Positions 18,375-28,293 of a stretch of 64,000 bases of DNA are shown here, one piece after another (position 1 is the first letter of the stretch; each line of letters begins with the position of its first letter). A program made the translations under genes and the position numbers. The stretch covers positions 1 through 64,000 of IMG/VR virus record IMGVR_UViG_3300037067_003476; one strand, written 5' to 3'. The stretch is from a virus (Duplodnaviria > Caudoviricetes). A model generated the notes under the pieces. The model was not told the origin of the DNA. It was given only the letters and a program-made list of their open reading frames with translations, and did no database searches.

Positions 18375-18577
18375 TCGGACATATCTATACTCCGTCGAGC
18401 AATGTGGTAATAATGCCACTAGAGGAAGTGGCAAAAATATCAGAACAACTTGGGTGCAATACCTACTGGTTGCTAAATAAACATGGCGGAATGGATGTGG
18501 CAGTTTATCCTCGCACCAGTATACAGATATCGCAAGTCGGTAAGAGTGTTCTCGTCACAAGAAAGGACACTAGATAA
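18359..18577 (+). CDS. hypothetical protein
   Basis: GGAGG RBS. Confidence 0.6.
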   Translation: MCEKVIGHIYTPSSNVVIMPLEEVAKISEQLGCNTYWLLNKHGGMDVAVYPRTSIQISQVGKSVLVTRKDTR

Positions 18578-19005
18578 TGTATCTAGAAACAATTTCCGAG
18601 ATAGTGGCTAAGATAAAGCAATACAATATCGAAAATTGTGAATTGGTTAGTTCTAATAAGAACATGTTTCGTATAGTTGTGGGCAATACACAGTTTGTTA
18701 TTAGAGTAACTGCCGAGCGTATTAATGTTATGGACACAAATAATCACGTCCTATTCTTAGTTCGACGAATGCTATCTATACCAACCAGTTTCAATACCAC
18801 AAAAGTTGCAGAGGGCATAATTGATATCTATAGGAAAAAAGAGAGGGATAGGTGCGATGAGTTGATTAGAGAAGGGGTGGCCGAGATAAGAAAAAAATGG
18901 CCGTTCTCAATAAAGATATCTTGTCATGTTGCAAACGTGTTTGATCTTAGTTTTTCTGGAATGACAACCAAGGATATATTCGATGTTATCGAAAGAATGC
19001 GATAG
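18577..19005 (+). CDS. hypothetical protein
   Basis: TAATG coupling. Confidence 0.65.
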   Translation: MYLETISEIVAKIKQYNIENCELVSSNKNMFRIVVGNTQFVIRVTAERINVMDTNNHVLFLVRRMLSIPTSFNTTKVAEGIIDIYRKKERDRCDELIREGVAEIRKKWPFSIKISCHVANVFDLSFSGMTTKDIFDVIERMR

Positions 19006-19165
19006 GGTGTCAAAGGTTGTATGCGGAATAGACAAAACTATATCTATCGTAACAACTCTGATTTATGCGCGTGCAATCTTCAAAGTAATCCCGCTACCTA
19101 ATGATGATTTTAGAATAGAAAGTGATATCAAGCATGTCAAAATGATTAATAAAGGATAAAAAACA

Positions 19166-19402
19166 ATGTGCGTACCATCTCGCAAGACAAGTAGTCGACA
19201 ACCGTTTACTGTGGAAGATGTTAATACGCAAGATAGAACAGTGAGAATCACTATCAGGGGGGACTGTATAGGAACAATAGCCAACCATCTCAAAACATGT
19301 CCGCGAAGTCGAAAATCCCACAAAGTAGTGGTTAGAATGGGATATGAATTGGAGACGGCTGGTAACGCAATATTCCAAAAAGGAATCCGAGAATGTCAGT
19401 AG
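19166..19402 (+). CDS. hypothetical protein
   Basis: AAGGA RBS. Confidence 0.55.
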   Translation: MCVPSRKTSSRQPFTVEDVNTQDRTVRITIRGDCIGTIANHLKTCPRSRKSHKVVVRMGYELETAGNAIFQKGIRECQ

Positions 19403-19593
19403 ATCAATGCGAGTTTCCATACTGTCGCAACGAAGCTGCGTATACCTATATTGGGGTATGCATTTGCCATAAACACTGGGTTGAAATATCAAGTTGCAAT
19501 TCCCCAGAAAATGAGTATAAGATTCTTGCAAAGATAGGACTAATGAGAAATGAAAACGGCTCCGTGGTAGAGCGTAATCGTCGAAATGTGTAG
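19393..19593 (+). CDS. small Cys/His protein
   Basis: CxxxxC...CxxH. Confidence 0.55.
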   Translation: MSVDQCEFPYCRNEAAYTYIGVCICHKHWVEISSCNSPENEYKILAKIGLMRNENGSVVERNRRNV

Positions 19594-19595
19594 GG

Positions 19596-19832
19596 GTGAA
19601 AATGACAAGACAAAAAACAAAACATATATCGCAAAGACTAAGACGGATACTAGACCAAATGGATCTGGACAGCGACGGACTAATAAACCGAAAGGTTGTT
19701 CATGGAAGTACAAACGAAATAGACATGTTATTAGATAACCTAGAACTGGTGGTAAAATATCTACAATTTGATTCCCTGTCAACCAAAAAAGAAGTGAATG
19801 AGTTTGTAAACAAGAATCGCAGCGAAAAATGA
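19596..19832 (+). CDS. hypothetical protein
   Basis: packed ORF. Confidence 0.55.
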   Translation: MKMTRQKTKHISQRLRRILDQMDLDSDGLINRKVVHGSTNEIDMLLDNLELVVKYLQFDSLSTKKEVNEFVNKNRSEK

Positions 19833-19840
19833 GGTAGCGT

Positions 19841-20194
19841 ATGAAACTGGCATTACTTCCGCTCACTGGAGAAAATGAAGTTTGTATTGTCAATTGCGAC
19901 AGATGGCAACATGGTTGTCAGGAGTTTATATTGGCGCTAAGAGGAGCCATAAAAGAATGGGTCGAAACTACCAACGAAGGTAAGACCGCGCTCGCTATGC
20001 ACTACAACATTATCGCAATTAAAGATATGCCCAAATATGCGCCAAACTGTTTTGTTACGGGAAATGCTCTAGGCAAAATAATGGCTAAGCATTCTATTCC
20101 TAGATTCGATATAATCACAGCTAAAATTGATGGTGATATGGACAATAACGGGGTTAGCGGAACAACTAGTTTATATAAGGGGCGAATAGGATGA
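19841..20194 (+). CDS. hypothetical protein
   Basis: GAGGT RBS. Confidence 0.6.
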   Translation: MKLALLPLTGENEVCIVNCDRWQHGCQEFILALRGAIKEWVETTNEGKTALAMHYNIIAIKDMPKYAPNCFVTGNALGKIMAKHSIPRFDIITAKIDGDMDNNGVSGTTSLYKGRIG

Positions 20195-21756
20195 ATAACT
20201 TTACTGAGAATATTATCGACTATGTTCTATCTGGCCACGCAATGCTGTCTGTCATCACGCATGAAGATGATAGGGCTATAAACGATATTTCAATTGCCGC
20301 CAAAAATAGTAATAGAACATTGGTTGTGTGGACAATTGCTAGTGGATGGAAAAAATCTAGTGGAGAGCAAGCGGTTCCACTCAATGGCATACCAGATCCT
20401 ATTAGCGCGATACAGGATATAGAAAAACTTCCAGAAAAATCTATGTGCGTAGTAAAGGATTTTGGGGTTTACCTAAACCAAAACACGTTTCAGCAGGCAG
20501 ATGTTGTTATTGGATGGTTAAAGGAAATAAGGCCATTGTTGTACTGTGGACAAAAAACAATCATATTTCTAGGCCCAGATTTGTATATACCAACGCAACT
20601 TAAACAAGAGATTACGCAAACGGACTTCGGTCTTCCAGATACCGCCCAAATAGAACACCAGATCAAATACGTATGTGATAGCGTTGAATCAAAGGATGGC
20701 AAGGGTCTGGTAGTAGACAAGTCGGTAATGTCGGATGTCGTTAATGCATGCAAGGGCATGACACAGCAACAGACTATAGATAGGGCATCGCTTGCGATAA
20801 GAAAAAACAAGGGATTAACACCGGAATCTGTTAAGATAATACTGCATGAAAAGGCTGGTGTCATCAGATCATCTGGGATATTGTCCTACATAGAACCCCC
20901 AGCAGGGGGGCTTGGCATAGTTGGTGGGCTTGAAGTTCTGAAGAATCACATATTAATGGACAAACCATGCTTCACAGAAGAGGCCAGGGCATTTGGAATA
21001 GAATATCCAAAGGGTGTGTTGTTAGTTGGAATTCCGGGCTGCGGAAAGACGTTAATCAGTACTGCGATAGCTAGCGAGTTTGGTTCGCCATTGATTCAAA
21101 TGGACGTAGGCAATATTATGGATAAGTATGTTGGCGAATCTGAGTCGAATATGAGGGAGGCGGTAAAGATTCTTGAGTCTGTATCGCCATGCGTGTTACA
21201 GCTAGACGAAATAGAGAAGGGGTTTGGTGGCGCTGGAGACCTAGACGGCGGTGCATCCAAAAGGGTGTTTGGATCATTCATTAAGTGGTTAAACGATAAA
21301 ACATCGCCAGTATATATAGTCGCAACGGCCAATCAGGTTGAGTCGTTACCGCCAGAGTTTGCTAGGAAAGGTAGGTTTGATGAAATCTTTGGTGTTGACC
21401 TACCAAACATAGATGAAAGATCAGAAATCGTTAGTATTCATCTACGTAAGCGAAATAGGAACCCTGATAACTTTGATGTATCAGCGATAGCAAGGGCGAC
21501 AGAAAACTTTACTGGATCTGATATCGAACAGGCAATTAAGGTTGGTCTCAAAATGGCCTTTGCCAACAAATCAGAGTTAACAACCGATCTTTGTTTGCTT
21601 GGTGTCGGTAGTATCATTCCGCTATTTAAGACCGAACCACATAGGATAGAAAGGATTAGGGAATGGTGTGATTCTCGTGCCAAGAAAGCTAATGCGACTA
21701 CAACGTCGGTAACGAAATCGGTAAGACGAAAAATAACGGTGAGCAATGGAGAGTAA
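20191..21756 (+). CDS. Ycf46-family AAA+ ATPase
   Basis: Degenerate N-terminal AAA domain plus GIPGCGKT, QLDEIEKG, ATAN, RKGRFDE. Confidence 0.92.
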   Translation: MNNFTENIIDYVLSGHAMLSVITHEDDRAINDISIAAKNSNRTLVVWTIASGWKKSSGEQAVPLNGIPDPISAIQDIEKLPEKSMCVVKDFGVYLNQNTFQQADVVIGWLKEIRPLLYCGQKTIIFLGPDLYIPTQLKQEITQTDFGLPDTAQIEHQIKYVCDSVESKDGKGLVVDKSVMSDVVNACKGMTQQQTIDRASLAIRKNKGLTPESVKIILHEKAGVIRSSGILSYIEPPAGGLGIVGGLEVLKNHILMDKPCFTEEARAFGIEYPKGVLLVGIPGCGKTLISTAIASEFGSPLIQMDVGNIMDKYVGESESNMREAVKILESVSPCVLQLDEIEKGFGGAGDLDGGASKRVFGSFIKWLNDKTSPVYIVATANQVESLPPEFARKGRFDEIFGVDLPNIDERSEIVSIHLRKRNRNPDNFDVSAIARATENFTGSDIEQAIKVGLKMAFANKSELTTDLCLLGVGSIIPLFKTEPHRIERIREWCDSRAKKANATTTSVTKSVRRKITVSNGE

Positions 21757-22717
21757 AATGTCAGAAAAAACTGTGAATCTTTTTGATTTAGGGTGTCTTG
21801 TGCAGATAAATATAGGGTTTTGGTCTGGACGAAAGATGCTTACACAGAACGATATGCTAAGTGTTGGCATAGATTCAAGCAAGTTACCAAAAGACATCTG
21901 TAATCTTGGGAGGAAATTGTTGGTTCCGCAGCATGAGATAGGGGTATTCCTGTCTATTGAGCAGCAGGCACGTAATTTCTTAAAGCGATGGTCTATCCCG
22001 TTTGGTATCGCTAGCGCAAACTTTGTCCCAATTAGTAAGTTACAGGAAGTTGTTGAAAAGCTGGATGAATACAAGGCCAAGTACTATGGACTAGTAGATT
22101 CCTTCATCAAGAGATTTGAAGCAGCAAAGTCCAAGATACAAATCGAACATCCCGATTTCTGGGAGAAGTGTCTAAGACCCCATTATCCGTCTAGCGCCGA
22201 GTCATTGCGCAGTAGATTCTATTTTAGATATTTCGTATTCAAGGTCGCCAATGTCAATGCGATAGACGAGGTGGACGCAAATGATGTGGTGGCAAAACAA
22301 ACAGAAATGCAAGTCCGAATGAAGGAGGAGGTTGACAAACTAGTCAACGAAACTGTTTGTACGTTGCGAAATGAAACCGTTAAGTTCTGCGACCTTGTTG
22401 TGGCAAGAGTAAATGGCTCTCCGTATGGAGACGAAGAAGAGGGAAAGAAGCTAACGAAGAGATCATTGGCAAGTTTCAGAAAATACGTCGACTGGTTCAG
22501 GGAAATGAATGTCTTTGGTGATAAGGATATAGAAAAAATGCTGTGCGAATTCAAGAGCACATATCTTGGCGAGCTAACCACCCCACAGGAAATACAAAAT
22601 ACACAAGTCGCCAACGCAATTGTCGACCATATGAGTAAAATCCGTTCAATGGCACAGGGCGACAGCGGGGCTGTTGATAATGTGTTGAATATAGCCAAGA
22701 GAAAGATCGAGATTTAA
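21746..22717 (+). CDS. DUF3150-like protein
   Basis: IGFWSGRK...LGRKLLVP...YPSSAESLRSRF pattern; follows the Ycf46 ATPase. Confidence 0.7.
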   Translation: MESKMSEKTVNLFDLGCLVQINIGFWSGRKMLTQNDMLSVGIDSSKLPKDICNLGRKLLVPQHEIGVFLSIEQQARNFLKRWSIPFGIASANFVPISKLQEVVEKLDEYKAKYYGLVDSFIKRFEAAKSKIQIEHPDFWEKCLRPHYPSSAESLRSRFYFRYFVFKVANVNAIDEVDANDVVAKQTEMQVRMKEEVDKLVNETVCTLRNETVKFCDLVVARVNGSPYGDEEEGKKLTKRSLASFRKYVDWFREMNVFGDKDIEKMLCEFKSTYLGELTTPQEIQNTQVANAIVDHMSKIRSMAQGDSGAVDNVLNIAKRKIEI

Positions 22718-22718
22718 T

Positions 22719-22940
22719 ATGTCGTCATACTTCGATAATGTATGTTTGAAACAGAACAGGTGCAATGAGTGTGCTAGCGTCAAACAAGAGAACGGTGTTT
22801 GCGTCATATGCTCAGCTAGGCGGCAAGAAAGAAATATCGCAGCGGATAAGCTTGAGCGATATATTCGCCATAATGGCGGAAGACATGGTGTCGCACTAAA
22901 GGCACTTGCTGACAAAATTAGAAATGGAGAAATAATATGA
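22719..22940 (+). CDS. small zinc-finger protein
   Basis: two CxxC. Confidence 0.55.
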   Translation: MSSYFDNVCLKQNRCNECASVKQENGVCVICSARRQERNIAADKLERYIRHNGGRHGVALKALADKIRNGEII

Positions 22941-23031
22941 ATAAAATTAAGGCATCACAAGCTATCGTTAAATTATTAGATGAGATATATAACTCATCTA
23001 TCAGATAAAGTAACGTTTTGGAGAAACTAGA

Positions 23032-23445
23032 ATGTCAATGTACTGCTCGGTAAAAACGCAGTTCAAAGATCCTGATGCATTGGTGCGGGCACTCATGGAA
23101 ACTGGCGAGTGGCAAGGTCATCAAATAGAAGTTCATGATGAACCACAACACCTATATGGTTATCATGGCGACGTGCGCGAACAAGTCGCAAATATTATAG
23201 TTCGTCGTCAATATGTTCAGGCTTCGGCTAATGATATCGGTTTTGAGAAAACAGTGGATGGAACCTACAGATCGCATATTAGTCAATTTGATTCCAATAA
23301 ATACAACAGCACATGGATGGGTAGGCTGAGACAGTCATATGCGTTTCACGTCCTGAAAAGACAGCAGGAAGCTAGGGGAAGAACTGTTACAAGAGAAAAA
23401 CTTCCAGATGGACGACAACGAGTAATGATTAGGGGATATCGGTGA
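23032..23445 (+). CDS. DUF1257 (Ycf35-like) protein
   Basis: MS.Y..VKT...D..ALVRAL, LYGYHGD.R, NDIGF, L.QSYA. Confidence 0.8.
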   Translation: MSMYCSVKTQFKDPDALVRALMETGEWQGHQIEVHDEPQHLYGYHGDVREQVANIIVRRQYVQASANDIGFEKTVDGTYRSHISQFDSNKYNSTWMGRLRQSYAFHVLKRQQEARGRTVTREKLPDGRQRVMIRGYR

Positions 23446-23693
23446 TGGATAAGTTCTCTTTCTGTGAACCGGTTACAGCAGCATCCGTAAGTTTATGGCA
23501 CATACGCAAACTAACTAGCACAGGAAAACATATGGGTGGTGGTGCCGATACAAAAGCTCTTTGTGGAAGAGATGTCGCATGGGATATATTCAGAGATATC
23601 CCATCTAAAACTTCCGAACTAGATCTAGTAGGGAGATGCTGTCCAAAATGCAAGGAAATATATCTAGTGCGGAGCATGATACATGAAGACTAG
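23442..23693 (+). CDS. hypothetical protein (His/Cys motif)
   Basis: WH...ALCG...CPKC. Confidence 0.6.
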   Translation: MMDKFSFCEPVTAASVSLWHIRKLTSTGKHMGGGADTKALCGRDVAWDIFRDIPSKTSELDLVGRCCPKCKEIYLVRSMIHED

Positions 23694-24051
23694 AACCGAA
23701 GATGGTCATAGTATAGAGACAGGGAAAACATATTATATAGTAGTTGCTTATCATCACAGGATATGCGATAATACGTGGCCAATACCACGTTTCTCTGTAG
23801 CAAGATGTACGTCTGTCACTTATCGTAATATAACATTAAAAGATGTGAAATCACGCGAAACGTTCAAGCGTTATGATATGTATTACAATCGTAGTGATTT
23901 TATCTATAGAAACAAACTAATGGCTATTCGCAAGTTCATAAAAATGTGTCTTCTGCGAAGAAAGATTCTAAGACAAGAGATCGGCAATATTACAAGGGAG
24001 ATAGAATTATCAGAGAGGGCTAGGCTAAAAATGTCGAGTCTATTAAAATGA
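23683..24051 (+). CDS. hypothetical protein, paralog of 25689-26018
   Basis: shared KT.DG..I...YYI pattern. Confidence 0.6.
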   Translation: MKTRTEDGHSIETGKTYYIVVAYHHRICDNTWPIPRFSVARCTSVTYRNITLKDVKSRETFKRYDMYYNRSDFIYRNKLMAIRKFIKMCLLRRKILRQEIGNITREIELSERARLKMSSLLK

Positions 24052-24308
24052 TACTAACATTAGATATATCGCCAGACGGAAATATCAATGGGCTATATTC
24101 CGACGAAATAGACCTATACGAACTAGGACAAGTACACAATGTTCGTCGCGCCAGTAATGTCGAATTCAACGAGACTAAACAGGTATGGCAAGTGATTAAG
24201 TCCCTTACTAATAAAGTTGTATTCGAACATAAATCTAGAACTAGAGCAATAGAATGGGAGATAGAGAACTTCCAACCAGGAGGGCGACACTATGTGTCGC
24301 CAAAATAG
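24048..24308 (+). CDS. conserved small protein typically linked to Ycf46/DUF1257/DUF2997 clusters
   Basis: I.PDG....LY.D.IDL..LG....RRASNVE...W...R..A..WE pattern. Confidence 0.6.
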   Translation: MILTLDISPDGNINGLYSDEIDLYELGQVHNVRRASNVEFNETKQVWQVIKSLTNKVVFEHKSRTRAIEWEIENFQPGGRHYVSPK

Positions 24309-24317
24309 GATCAAAAT

Positions 24318-24632
24318 ATGACAGGTGAACAAAAACGAGATGTTCTAAATGCAAGTTTGGAATTAGTCAATAGCGTTGAAAATGAATTGAAAAATTTAAC
24401 GTTAGTATTTTCAAGATGGAAGTGTAAAGTTGAAAGTGGATATATCGACTCTGCTGGATACGCAAATGAAGAATATGAAAGATTCATCTGTCAGTTAGTA
24501 ACAACTTATGATACTATATGTTCTATTTTTGGATATGATTCTGCTAATAAGACCCTTCAAGCATTAAAAGACGCTATGGATGAACACCAAACACTCGTGA
24601 GGAATCATATAACTAACGTGGAAACCGTATAA
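24318..24632 (+). CDS. hypothetical protein
   Basis: AGGA RBS. Confidence 0.6.
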   Translation: MTGEQKRDVLNASLELVNSVENELKNLTLVFSRWKCKVESGYIDSAGYANEEYERFICQLVTTYDTICSIFGYDSANKTLQALKDAMDEHQTLVRNHITNVETV

Positions 24633-24648
24633 TAAAGGCAAAATAAAT

Positions 24649-25692
24649 ATGCCAATTATGGAAAATATGTTCGGTGAAGGAACTCTTAATTCTGTTCCAG
24701 TAGGGAATAAAATATACGCCGAATGTACTGCGTGTATGTCTATCTATTCTGAATTCTCTTCCTGGGCAATAGCAAATCATCATCGAATGGTTAACGATCC
24801 AAAGCAAGCAGATACTATAGTCGTTCTCGGCTGTCAAGTTACAGATCTATCGGTTCTGAATAACTTAAGAACTCTAGATAAACTAATGGGAATAAATCCA
24901 TCTGCAAAGTTTTACATGGGTGGATGTCTAGCCCGTAGGTTTGATATCCCATTGCCAGACGGAGTATTAAGGCTTGATCGTTGTTGTGCTGATGGTCAAG
25001 ATCTAGAACTTGCAGATCAATTTATGACTTGGCAAGATCCATATTGGGTTACAGATTTTAAGGATGATACAGAAAATCCATCTAGTCTAAAGGGTGGAAA
25101 TCTATTTCGCCATCACTATCCATTAAGGATTGGTGTCGGATGCCAGAAAAATTGTAGCTATTGTACGATAAAACATACTCGCGGTTCTCCATATGAGATT
25201 CCGACAGAATTATCGATGAAAGAATTTCTTGCGCATGATAACATCGTATTGATAGCCGATAGTCCATCTGAAAAACAGATACGATTCTGGATAAACAAGT
25301 CTTTAGAACACAACAAACCAATATCTATTAGGAATATCGAACCAAATGTTGCATTCGCACTATTCGACGAACTAGAATATTTATCGTATAGCGATTTATT
25401 GCCAATGCTTCATGTGCCGATACAAAGCGATAGGAGAGATGTTCTTAAAGATATGTGTAGGCCAGTAGAAACAACGCTTGCGCTGTTATTTGAATTACCA
25501 AAACTGAAAAACAAAACTGTGCTGGCTACAAATGTGATCGTAGAGTATAAGGGATTTCCAAACCCTGATATGGGAAGGCTAGGAGATATATTTAAATACA
25601 TTAGTTGGAACCCGTACTGGGACGGACAATGGTATTTGACTAGAGCTATTAGTAGATGGGACTACTATATCAGAGGGCATTGGCAACCATGA
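24649..25692 (+). CDS. Methylthiotransferase-like radical SAM protein (UPF0004 + rSAM, no TRAM)
   Basis: ECTAC...ADTIVVLGCQVT...MGGCLA, then LRIGVGCQKNCSYCTI..RG, LHVPIQS...VL..M.R. Confidence 0.8.
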   Translation: MPIMENMFGEGTLNSVPVGNKIYAECTACMSIYSEFSSWAIANHHRMVNDPKQADTIVVLGCQVTDLSVLNNLRTLDKLMGINPSAKFYMGGCLARRFDIPLPDGVLRLDRCCADGQDLELADQFMTWQDPYWVTDFKDDTENPSSLKGGNLFRHHYPLRIGVGCQKNCSYCTIKHTRGSPYEIPTELSMKEFLAHDNIVLIADSPSEKQIRFWINKSLEHNKPISIRNIEPNVAFALFDELEYLSYSDLLPMLHVPIQSDRRDVLKDMCRPVETTLALLFELPKLKNKTVLATNVIVEYKGFPNPDMGRLGDIFKYISWNPYWDGQWYLTRAISRWDYYIRGHWQP

Positions 25693-26018
25693 AAACAAAT
25701 GACGGATATGTGATACGACGAAGAGTTAAATATTATATTATGTGTAACTATTCTACACCAATAATTAGTGAAGCAACATGTAGTGCTATAAGGGAAGGAC
25801 ACCCACATTTTAATCGTAGTCCTGAATTATCGTCTATGACTTCATTAAGTGATTTAAATGGGGATGGTTATTTTGTCTTCGCTAAAAGAAAAAATGCAGT
25901 AAAAAAATTACGAAATATAGTAAGATACAGAATAAGTAATGCCACCCAAGAATATAAGAGCCTGCTTAAAGATCTACAGGGTATCTTAAGGATTCAAAAA
26001 CATCATGAAAACAATTAA
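25689..26018 (+). CDS. hypothetical protein, paralog of 23683-24051
   Basis: ATGA overlap. Confidence 0.6.
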   Translation: MKTNDGYVIRRRVKYYIMCNYSTPIISEATCSAIREGHPHFNRSPELSSMTSLSDLNGDGYFVFAKRKNAVKKLRNIVRYRISNATQEYKSLLKDLQGILRIQKHHENN

Positions 26019-26301
26019 ATTAACTGACGCTGAGCATGAACTCATTGTGTCTATTATGAAAGAAGTTGATAAGATTAATTCAGTAACGAGTTGTTGTGAC
26101 GATTGGTGGATAGAAAATACTCCAGACAATTTTACTATGGTCGAAGAAATGGAGGCTTGGAATTGCAATAAGACACTTAATGAATTTAGAAATGATCCTG
26201 AATCAGACAAACCACGGATAATTAATAATGGAAGAGAAATATTTATCCCAAGATTCTTGACATACGCATACGCAATTTACTTGTTGGAGAGTAAAATATG
26301 A
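26005..26301 (+). CDS. hypothetical protein
   Basis: packed ORF. Confidence 0.6.
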   Translation: MKTIKLTDAEHELIVSIMKEVDKINSVTSCCDDWWIENTPDNFTMVEEMEAWNCNKTLNEFRNDPESDKPRIINNGREIFIPRFLTYAYAIYLLESKI

Positions 26302-26483
26302 AACAAATTACAGTAACGATAGATACTGATGGATCGTGTCAAATAGATGGTTCCAACTTCGTTGGAACGGAATGTGAAAGATTCATAAAAGAAGTGGAGA
26401 CAACGTTAGGTACTCGCGAACAAGCACGATACAAACCAGAATTCAGAACTAGACAAGTAAACAAACAAACACTTGGTAGGTAA
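26298..26483 (+). CDS. DUF2997 family protein
   Basis: ITVTIDTDG...F.G..C......E..LG......KPEF. Confidence 0.8.
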   Translation: MKQITVTIDTDGSCQIDGSNFVGTECERFIKEVETTLGTREQARYKPEFRTRQVNKQTLGR

Positions 26484-26484
26484 G

Positions 26485-26802
26485 ATGAGAAAATTAAAAG
26501 TATGGGGTGGCGACGAGGTTATTATGATAAGGAAAATAAAGAACATTCTGTCGTTGATATTCAAATATAACATAATCGGAGAGTGTCAATCAACATGCAC
26601 TGGAAAATGGAGGATACCCAATATATGTCATCACTGGGTTTCTGTTAAAAGTCTACGCAAGTATTACGGAGATGCAAACATTGATCCTAATGGGAACGCT
26701 ATTGGATCAAACGATGGGAATAGGCTTTGTCTATTCTTGGATATAGGCCCGGTCGAATTGAGAGAGGGTGATAGAGTAGTCGTTTTTAGGAAGAAAACAT
26801 GA
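26485..26802 (+). CDS. hypothetical protein
   Basis: packed ORF. Confidence 0.5.
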   Translation: MRKLKVWGGDEVIMIRKIKNILSLIFKYNIIGECQSTCTGKWRIPNICHHWVSVKSLRKYYGDANIDPNGNAIGSNDGNRLCLFLDIGPVELREGDRVVVFRKKT

Positions 26803-26993
26803 AACCGAAGGTCTATCAAATAGGATACGAATTCGTTAATGATACAGAATCAAGGCATAGATTCAAAAATGTGGTCGCACAAGACGAGAATGATGCTATA
26901 AACACATTGAGAATGCATATGGGAAAAGAGATAGTAATATCGAATTTGCTTATGTTATCAGATGTGGATTTCATATCTCTTTCTATGTCGTAA
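26799..26993 (+). CDS. hypothetical protein
   Basis: ATGA overlap. Confidence 0.55.
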   Translation: MKPKVYQIGYEFVNDTESRHRFKNVVAQDENDAINTLRMHMGKEIVISNLLMLSDVDFISLSMS

Positions 26994-27018
26994 TAATAAC
27001 AATTGGAGTAAAACACTA

Positions 27019-27234
27019 ATGGTCAAAAAAAGAATATCTTTATCTAAAGATCATACTGGAAATCCCATAGATATAAGCGACGTCAGCAATTCAATAACAG
27101 TTCACCTATCAACATTCAACGTTCAAATAATGCTAAACGAGTCACACGACGGTGGATTAGTAATAAGAACTCTTGACGGTCTCATATCTGTTCATCCAGA
27201 ATCAGCAAACTCAATATCGATACGAGAAAGTTAA
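27019..27234 (+). CDS. hypothetical protein
   Basis: GGAG RBS before ATG 27019. Confidence 0.55.
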   Translation: MVKKRISLSKDHTGNPIDISDVSNSITVHLSTFNVQIMLNESHDGGLVIRTLDGLISVHPESANSISIRES

Positions 27235-27299
27235 TAAAAAGAAAAAAGAAGAAAAAGAAATCTAAATTGGGTAAAAACAAATAAAGAAAGATATAGAAT

Positions 27300-27725
27300 A
27301 TGACAGTGAAACAACAGAGAAGAAAACTAATTAATCGTTTGGTCAAACTAATAAAACCGACCAAAGTACGAGTAGAATTATCTCCATTTGTTTCAGTAAT
27401 AATAACTGCTTGTTGGAGGTCTGACACTACATTAGATATTTACGACTTAGAAATATTACCGCCTTCAAAATATTATTATAAATCAATGCCAATTCCAGAA
27501 CTATTACTGCATGAATTGATATCACAAACTAACCAAACAGTCGTAAACGAATTCAGTCCCAGATTAGAAGAACTTATCAAAAAGAATTCGAAAATAGCTA
27601 ATATCGAAAATAGTATAAAGTTGCTATGTCAAGATTGTGATAATCTGGCAAAGTCACTACATACAAATAAGAACTTCTTCTTTGAAGAACTATTATTTGA
27701 AGCAGAACACGCATTGGAGAAATAA
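27300..27725 (+). CDS. hypothetical protein
   Basis: 141-aa ORF. Confidence 0.6.
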   Translation: MTVKQQRRKLINRLVKLIKPTKVRVELSPFVSVIITACWRSDTTLDIYDLEILPPSKYYYKSMPIPELLLHELISQTNQTVVNEFSPRLEELIKKNSKIANIENSIKLLCQDCDNLAKSLHTNKNFFFEELLFEAEHALEK

Positions 27726-27993
27726 GAAATGACCGAAGTAAAATGTCCTTTATGCAAAACCTTACTTAGCAAGCACACAATATCTCCTTGCCTTGCCGAT
27801 CTTCGATATCTTGTTACAGGTGAATTTCATAGAGAAGAAGGTTATTATACAAAAGAAGAATCAGAAATGGAATATGGCTAGCAGAAAGTGGTGATTTATG
27901 TATAGGAATCAAACTCAAAAATGGGTATGATCCATACAGTTTAATTCTAATACCTAGGTCATTGGCTATTGGAATTGAAGAGGTTAAATCTAA

Positions 27994-28293
27994 ATGAAAG
28001 CATTTGGAATAGAACTACCAAATTGTGACATAATGATTTTCCCAGACGAATTGTCTGCGCAAGATTATGTCGACGGAATGGATAATGAAAATGATCCACC
28101 AGAAATAGTCACATTAACACCAGAAAGAGATATTGTCAAATCGTGTTATAATGCCATATGCGAACATTGTAAACTCGGTTTTGATCTGCATAGAGACGGA
28201 AAAGAATTCTTCCATTACACTGCAGGAACATATAGTTACAAAATAATATGCGGTGCAGATAAAATAAGGAAGGGATTAAATTTCAGTGACTAA
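27994..28293 (+). CDS. hypothetical protein
   Basis: GAGGT RBS. Confidence 0.6.
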   Translation: MKAFGIELPNCDIMIFPDELSAQDYVDGMDNENDPPEIVTLTPERDIVKSCYNAICEHCKLGFDLHRDGKEFFHYTAGTYSYKIICGADKIRKGLNFSD

